Source: Pirellula staleyi DSM 6068 (GTDB lineage: Bacteria > Planctomycetota > Planctomycetia > Pirellulales > Pirellulaceae). From it: a stretch of 32,000 nucleotides of DNA. Shown here in pieces: positions 26,656-32,000 of this stretch. Numbering within the stretch: the stretch's first letter is position 1; every line of letters begins with the position of its first letter. Made by a program: the position numbers and the translations under genes. Under the pieces are notes generated by a model, which saw only the letters and a list, made by a program, of their open reading frames with translations, was not told where the DNA came from and made no database searches. The DNA lies in the NCBI GenBank assembly GCA_000025185.1, contig CP001848.1:2790001-2822000 (forward strand), written 5' to 3'.

Positions 26656-26769
26656 CAAGCGTTCTTGGTAAGGCAGCTTCAGCTGAGGACCCCATCGATG
26701 GTGGGGTGAAGGCCAGAGCCGCCAGCTTCGCTGAGTGTGGTGGCTCGATCAGGCGAGCTTGGCCGAAGC

Positions 26770-28998
26770 TTACATGTCGAAGTGAAAGGTCTTGCAGAAA
26801 GCCCGGTAGATGCGTTGGCCGATGGTGAGGTGTCCGGCGTGGATCCGTGCCTCGCCACTCCCGCCAATCAGCATCTCGTGCGAATCGTCTTGAATCGGAA
26901 CACTCACCAGATAAGTCACTTCAAGTGGTCGCTCTCGACCTTCGCTGTCGGCACGCGTGGCAAGAGTTCCCCCGGCCGAAGTGGAGAGGCTGCGAGGGGC
27001 AACTTCTAGCTCCTGACGCGAAATATGCTCGACTCGACTCACCAGTTTGATGCCAGGCCATTGATCGAGCACCATGTCGACCTCTTGGCCAGCGACCACA
27101 AACTCGATGTCGTTCTGACTCACGGCGAGCATCGCTTCGAGAGCACCTGGCTGAACAATCCGACCAATCAGCGTACTCTCTTCGAGATAAGCGCCAACAT
27201 TACGGACGGAAAGAGGACGCCCGTGCCAACTTGCTAAGGTGGTTGGTTTCGAGGCTGGGCGAGGCTTGGTTGGAGGGGGCACGAGAATGCCATCCAGAGG
27301 AGCACGCACAATCATGCGCTGGATTTGCTCCTGCCGCTGTCGTAGTTGTTTGTCGATCGCTTCCAGGGCTTCTTCTGTTTCAGCAACTTCAAGCAGGGCC
27401 GAGTCATCGGTGTGGGCGCGTTGGCGAAGTCCCTCGACACGTGTGGCTAGTTGATGCCGCTGCGACAGCAAACGCTGCTCAGCAATTCGAGCATCGATGT
27501 TCGCGAGTTCCACAATCGGCTGTCCTGCTTTGACAGGTCCTGAGGTGACAAACAGACTTTGCACTTCACCAGCGACATCGACATACAGATTGGTGGCGTT
27601 GTGCGGAGCAAGTTCCATCGGCACCACGATGTAGTGCGGCAGGGGGACGAGCAAAATGCCACCAACAGCTGCGGTGAGCGAGCCTAGTACGATCCAGCTT
27701 CGAAAGGTGTTCACGCGTCGCTCCTTCGTCAGCTTGATGATGAGTTTCAGCCCTTTCCAGAGCGGCGCGACGAGCATCGCAATCAGCATCAGAACCGCAG
27801 CGAATTGGCCAAGAATCTTCAGTCCTGCCGGAGCGAGGACGTTGTAGAGCATCCAAAAAATCGAGATCGAAACGAGCCAGCCATAGATCGGCGCAAAGAT
27901 GCCATACAGGGCAAACAGAGGCACTTGTCGCTTTGGCAGAAACGGGTCATCAGGAACCTGCATTCCGAGGAACCATCGTCCCAAGGTTTGCTGCACCGCT
28001 GTGATCGATTTTTGACGAAGATTAGGAATCTCTAGCAGATCCGAAAGAATGTAGTAGCCGTCGTAACGCATCAGCGGATTGGCGTTAAACAGCAGCGTGC
28101 TGACACTGCTTACAAACATCACGTTCAGGCAAAGATGGTTGAGAAGTCCCGGCTCACTCATCCACCACAGGAATGTGCAGGTGGCGGCGAGGATCAGTTC
28201 GACGTACATACCTGCTGCACCGATGGCGGCCCGCTTCCATTTGCTACGAATCATCCAGCTGTCGGTGACATTACAGTAGAGGCACGGGGTGAGGATCAGC
28301 AGCATCAACCCCATTTCGTGGCAATGGCCACCAAATTTTTTACAAGCTAGGCCATGTCCAAACTCGTGCAGCACCTTCGTAAGGCAGAGCGTGATGGCGA
28401 GCCAAATCCAGTTGGGACCTGCGAAAAACTGCTGAAAAGTGGGAAGCCGCGCATTAAACGATTCGAACTCCACCGCCACGAGCAGTAGCGCACTTGCGAT
28501 CCAGATGGCAGCAAGAATTGCCGCAGGAACTGTGAAGAGCGGGCTGGTGAAGTGGTTGAGTAGTGTGAGCAACCGATCGGGATTGATGCCACGAAAACGC
28601 ATCGAAAGGATCGAGCCACCGATTGTTTTCCACCAGTTCTTCTCGCGCTCGGTGCGCCGCGCCAGGAGCGAATCCCCTTGGCCGGCCGCATTGGAAATCA
28701 AAAGTCCGCTGCGATAGAGATTGCTGATCAGGCGATGCAGTTCATTCAGAGAAATCTTCTCGGGCGAGAAGCGATGCTCGTAAGCCTCGCGGATATCGTC
28801 GAGACTTCGCTCGCCATCGAGCGCCTCGAGAATGGTGAACTCTTCTTCCTCGAAACGATAGTAGCGCAGTGTCAGTGGATCTTTGATGACGCGATACAAG
28901 CGTCCTTGGAACGACTGCGACTGCACGATCAAGTCGGCGCGCATCCGTAGCTGAACTGCCCGGCGCGAACTCGAAATATAGAGATCTTGCAGCGACAC
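26770..28998 (-). CDS. Fusion protein: PqqD/RRE-like N-terminal domain + M50 (site-2-protease-type) intramembrane zinc metalloprotease + C-terminal HlyD-type periplasmic adaptor module
   Basis: HEFGH occupies aa 211-215 (nt 28354-28368). The second M50 motif, FNANPLMRYDGYY, starts at aa 304, and there are multiple TM helices. After the last TM the sequence is adaptor-like: a lipoyl-like hairpin (VKAGQPIVELANID), a coiled coil, then RAPLDGILV and a beta-barrel-like tail. The GTG start at 28998 is 10 nt after the upstream stop, and the start is not certain. Confidence 0.75.
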   Translation of the reverse strand: MSLQDLYISSSRRAVQLRMRADLIVQSQSFQGRLYRVIKDPLTLRYYRFEEEEFTILEALDGERSLDDIREAYEHRFSPEKISLNELHRLISNLYRSGLLISNAAGQGDSLLARRTEREKNWWKTIGGSILSMRFRGINPDRLLTLLNHFTSPLFTVPAAILAAIWIASALLLVAVEFESFNARLPTFQQFFAGPNWIWLAITLCLTKVLHEFGHGLACKKFGGHCHEMGLMLLILTPCLYCNVTDSWMIRSKWKRAAIGAAGMYVELILAATCTFLWWMSEPGLLNHLCLNVMFVSSVSTLLFNANPLMRYDGYYILSDLLEIPNLRQKSITAVQQTLGRWFLGMQVPDDPFLPKRQVPLFALYGIFAPIYGWLVSISIFWMLYNVLAPAGLKILGQFAAVLMLIAMLVAPLWKGLKLIIKLTKERRVNTFRSWIVLGSLTAAVGGILLVPLPHYIVVPMELAPHNATNLYVDVAGEVQSLFVTSGPVKAGQPIVELANIDARIAEQRLLSQRHQLATRVEGLRQRAHTDDSALLEVAETEEALEAIDKQLRQRQEQIQRMIVRAPLDGILVPPPTKPRPASKPTTLASWHGRPLSVRNVGAYLEESTLIGRIVQPGALEAMLAVSQNDIEFVVAGQEVDMVLDQWPGIKLVSRVEHISRQELEVAPRSLSTSAGGTLATRADSEGRERPLEVTYLVSVPIQDDSHEMLIGGSGEARIHAGHLTIGQRIYRAFCKTFHFDM

Positions 28999-29008
28999 GC
29001 TTGGAGCC

Positions 29009-29938
29009 CTACTGCAAAGAGATCGACATGGTGGCGGTCATGCCCGGTCGGAGCAGCGGGTAGCCATTTTCGATGCGGTTCTCGACTTCTGCACGAACGC
29101 GATACTTGTTGCCAGCTTGCACCAGCGGACTGATGAAAACGACACGTCCGACAAATTGCACTTTCCGATCGCGGGCCAGAGTGACTTCGACCATCACCGG
29201 TTTACCGGCGACCTCTTCGGCGTTGAATTCAAGGGCTGAGAGAAACCCTTCGACGCGCATTCGGTCGGTCCGCACAACCTGAACCACAGGTTCGCCCGCT
29301 GCGACCCATTCGCCACGCTCGTGCAGCAGAGTGACCACCATACCATCGATGGGAGAAATGATCTGACGACGGAGAACGTTTTCCGCTGCTGCATCGACGG
29401 TGGCTTGATGCACGTCGGCTGTCATCTTGGCAACCTTCATGTCGAGCTTGCTACGATCGATCTGCAGTTCATCGCGCTGTTTAGCGAGTCGCAATTTTTG
29501 AATCTCTTGCGGGGTAATCGCTCCCGAGCTTTTGCGGTCGACAGCAAGAGCACGTTCGACATCGGCATTGGCCACCGCCAGTGCCGCTTGGGCATAGCGG
29601 ACTTCAATATCATCGTTGGCTTTTGCAATCGCAGCATCGCGTTCTAGTTCGGCGGCGATGCGCTGGAGCTGCGATTGTCGATCGTCGATCCGAGCAAGGA
29701 CTTGGCCCGCTTGAACATACTGCCCCTCAGCAGCCTCGACTGCCATGAGCGCACCGGCTTCGAGCGCGGGGACTTGAATGTCTTCCACCAGCGAGACCAG
29801 ACAGTGGGCAATAACTGCTTGTCGTGGAGGCTCGGTCGAAGTGGAGAGCTGCGGGGCGTAGGTGGGGCGAGCTTGTTGTGCTACGGGTGGAGCACCTGCG
29901 GCGTAGAGCATCAGCAGCGAAAGCGAGAGGGCGTGCAT
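29009..29938 (-). CDS. HlyD-family membrane-fusion (periplasmic adaptor) protein
   Basis: The signal-like N-terminus is MHALSLSLLMLYAAGA. The lipoyl motif is VEAAEGQYVQAGQVLARIDD. A coiled-coil hairpin follows, then ISPIDGMVV, a barrel and RPGMTATMSI. I chose the ATG at 29938 over the TTG at 30082, which would overlap the upstream gene by 55 nt. Confidence 0.8.
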   Translation of the reverse strand: MHALSLSLLMLYAAGAPPVAQQARPTYAPQLSTSTEPPRQAVIAHCLVSLVEDIQVPALEAGALMAVEAAEGQYVQAGQVLARIDDRQSQLQRIAAELERDAAIAKANDDIEVRYAQAALAVANADVERALAVDRKSSGAITPQEIQKLRLAKQRDELQIDRSKLDMKVAKMTADVHQATVDAAAENVLRRQIISPIDGMVVTLLHERGEWVAAGEPVVQVVRTDRMRVEGFLSALEFNAEEVAGKPVMVEVTLARDRKVQFVGRVVFISPLVQAGNKYRVRAEVENRIENGYPLLRPGMTATMSISLQ

Positions 29939-30027
29939 GATTGGTGTTCCACGTGCCGAGGAGTTGACGAGTAATGATCTTGGACTGGAAAAATCGGCGC
30001 TCGAATCGACCTGAGCAGGAGACCAAC

Positions 30028-32000
30028 TTAGAGCCAGAACAAGATTTTGGATTGCACCGTTTCGATCAAATCGCAAAGCCAAACGCGAGCGATCGGCTGT
30101 CGACCGCAGTAGATCTTGGCGGTCACGGTAGTTTGATCTTGCAAGAGCGGAAGTTCGGACTTGTTAACAGCGACGCGCATCAAAACGCAGTTTCCTTCTT
30201 CCCCACGAACTTCTGCCGTGCGCTCGAGTTCGACCATCGTACCGGTGAATCGCTGGCTTGGATGGCTGCTGAGTACGAAGGTTACTTCGAGTGGTGGTCG
30301 ACTCGATCCGTCGGGCGTTTGATGCTGGGCGTCGTCGATGTGTAGCAGTCGTCGTTCAGGGACAAGTAGTTCGAGTTCCCACTCGCCATCGGGGTTGGCG
30401 AGAGTCATGAGCGATTGCCCACGAATCACGGGGCGGTGCAGCAGCACCTCTTCGACCTTCCAGGTCACCACCTGCCCACGCTGTGGAGCAACGATGGCAA
30501 GTAGTTCCTGTTTCTCGCGAAAGAGGGCAATCTCGCGCTCGATGTTGTCTTGCTCTTGCTTTAGTTGCAGCAGTTCGCCTGAGATCCGGTTCTCGTCGGC
30601 TGGTGTAAGTCGGGCTTGCATTGCGCCGCTATCGAGCAGCATGCGCTGGTGCGAAGCGATTTGTTCTTGATTGGTGGTTTGCCGGCCGATGAGCGCCGCG
30701 AGTTCGACTTCCAAATCGGTGCTGGTGAGTGTCGCGAGTGGCTGACCGCGCTCGACCAACTGGCCATGGCGGACCGGCACTTCGCGCACAATGCCATCGA
30801 TCATCGCAAAGACTTCGCGACGCTCGACCGGTTGTAGCTTGCCACGTGCAGCGACTTCAAAATCGGCGGGAATCACGAAGCCCGCGATTACAACCGCAGC
30901 GAAGATGGCCAGCACGGCAATGGTTTTCGGGATCGCGCGGGTGCGAACAATCCAGCCACCTCGTCCGAGGGCTTTCCACAATGGAAGCAGCAAGATTTGC
31001 GAATGTTCTTGGCTGTTTTGAAGAGCCGACGATGCATGATGCGCTACGGCCAGTGACGTAGCCCGCAAGGATTCATCGAGTTTGCCGCTCGTCAGATTTT
31101 CGATCACGAGCGCTCCGAGCAACTGCCGCGATTCTTTGGCAATCTCTTGTTCGGGTCGGTCGGTCGTGGCTATTGGCGCGGGGGCATAGAGAGGAACGAT
31201 TGCAACCAGTGCGGCGTGCGAGATGTCGAGGTAGGTGTCGAGTGGTTTTTCGATCTCGGGTGGATATTCTGATGCACCGGCGGCATGCCAGAGTGGTTCG
31301 CGCGTGCGGAGGACCACGTCAATCAGCCGCTCGAGGGATGAAAGTTCAGCAGCGCGTCGATCGACATTGTCGAGTCCACTCACAGCTTCGATTTGAGCGC
31401 GGCGTCCTTGCTGAATCGCAATCGAAACGCGATCGCACTCGATAAGACGGCGACCTTCATTCACCACGGCATACGAGGTAGCACGTGGATCGAGCGAGCG
31501 ATGCACGGCGTCGACGAACTGCTGCAGGAGGTTCCAGCGGCGTTTTTGGACGGAGAGTTGTCGCAGCCGATCGTTGCGGAAGTATTCGGCCGCGATATCG
31601 CTCATCTGCACCAGGAATCGGAGATAGCCGCGCTGTGTGGTGGGAGCTCCTCCAGGACGCTGGAGGATCTCGACCACTGCAACGACTTCTCCCTCGACCA
31701 CGACGCTGGCGAGCACGAGCAGCAGCGAACTCGGGTTACCAGCTTCACTATCGCTTGCGGCACCTGCCTGAGGTGGCACCAAGAGCGACTGCGGCGAATC
31801 CATCAGCTTTTTTAGCAGCAGACCGTGACGCGTTCGCGATTGGGGCGATGCGTCGAACTGACCCGCCTCGAGATTCGATTGATACAGGAGTTTGAGCTTG
31901 CCTGTTTCGCCACGCACCCAGATTGCGCCACCGATCGCTCCCATCGCGGAAATCACGCGGGTGAGGTAGGAGTCGGCAAATGTGTCGTGGGAAATCTCGG
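30028..32000 (-). CDS. Tandem-GAF-domain protein fused via one TM helix to a HlyD-like periplasmic adaptor module; the 5' end lies outside the window
   Basis: The reading frame stays open to nt 32000 (...EISHDTFADSYLTRVISAMGAIGGAIWV...). There are two GAF-like blocks (...VVAVVEILQRPGG..., ...LLGALVIENLTSG...). The TM helix is IAVLAIFAAVVIAGFVI. The adaptor-like part contains VRHGQLVERGQPLATL, a coiled coil, APQRGQVVT and a barrel-like tail. Confidence 0.7.
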   Translation of the reverse strand, partial: EISHDTFADSYLTRVISAMGAIGGAIWVRGETGKLKLLYQSNLEAGQFDASPQSRTRHGLLLKKLMDSPQSLLVPPQAGAASDSEAGNPSSLLLVLASVVVEGEVVAVVEILQRPGGAPTTQRGYLRFLVQMSDIAAEYFRNDRLRQLSVQKRRWNLLQQFVDAVHRSLDPRATSYAVVNEGRRLIECDRVSIAIQQGRRAQIEAVSGLDNVDRRAAELSSLERLIDVVLRTREPLWHAAGASEYPPEIEKPLDTYLDISHAALVAIVPLYAPAPIATTDRPEQEIAKESRQLLGALVIENLTSGKLDESLRATSLAVAHHASSALQNSQEHSQILLLPLWKALGRGGWIVRTRAIPKTIAVLAIFAAVVIAGFVIPADFEVAARGKLQPVERREVFAMIDGIVREVPVRHGQLVERGQPLATLTSTDLEVELAALIGRQTTNQEQIASHQRMLLDSGAMQARLTPADENRISGELLQLKQEQDNIEREIALFREKQELLAIVAPQRGQVVTWKVEEVLLHRPVIRGQSLMTLANPDGEWELELLVPERRLLHIDDAQHQTPDGSSRPPLEVTFVLSSHPSQRFTGTMVELERTAEVRGEEGNCVLMRVAVNKSELPLLQDQTTVTAKIYCGRQPIARVWLCDLIETVQSKILFWL

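Noticed and set aside
26612-26695. 27-codon minus-strand ORF (MGSSAEAALPRTLGRLLAVKCGQPPPF) just after the M50-adaptor gene, considered as a possible precursor peptide for the protease.
   Set aside because: It has no SD. Its 3' half is the terminator hairpin and U-tract itself, which fully explains the open frame. Nothing marks it as a leader/core peptide. It is worth re-checking only if conserved in homologous loci.

Overview
This window reads as a moderately GC-rich chromosomal segment, probably from a Planctomycetota (Pirellulales-like) genome. That placement is an inference from three things: a DUF1559-style prepilin-like protein, a HYExAFE-type protein, and several large secreted or coiled-coil proteins. 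All calls come from reading the sequence and the ORF track by eye, with no searches run. I hand-refined start codons and hairpin coordinates, and ORF coordinates include the stop codon.

Most of the window is housekeeping or envelope genes:
- a purM 3' fragment
- a PDZ protein converging on an HtrA protease
- a DksA/TraR zinc-finger protein
- a 1130-aa FHA/coiled-coil/tail-anchored protein
- a nagB-like / TIM-barrel / zinc-ribbon operon divergent from a TPP-dependent keto-acid decarboxylase
- a TPR lipoprotein
- a MarR gene followed by translationally coupled sucrose-phosphate synthase and phosphatase genes
- ykgJ-like, hisS, DUF4126, glgX and a NagD-like HAD phosphatase

The most unusual region is the minus-strand operon at 26.6 kb to beyond 32.0 kb. 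It encodes three HlyD-type periplasmic-adaptor modules:
- one fused to cytoplasmic GAF domains
- one free-standing
- one fused to an intact M50 (HExxH) intramembrane metalloprotease that carries a PqqD/RRE-like N-terminus

No pump or outer-membrane gene is visible in the window for this operon.

A second notable item is an unlisted 29-codon hyperbasic ORF (19265-19354). It has a good Shine-Dalgarno sequence and resembles tiny ribosomal proteins of the bS22/mS38 type.

I saw no rRNA, tRNA, CRISPR array, transposase or integrase.
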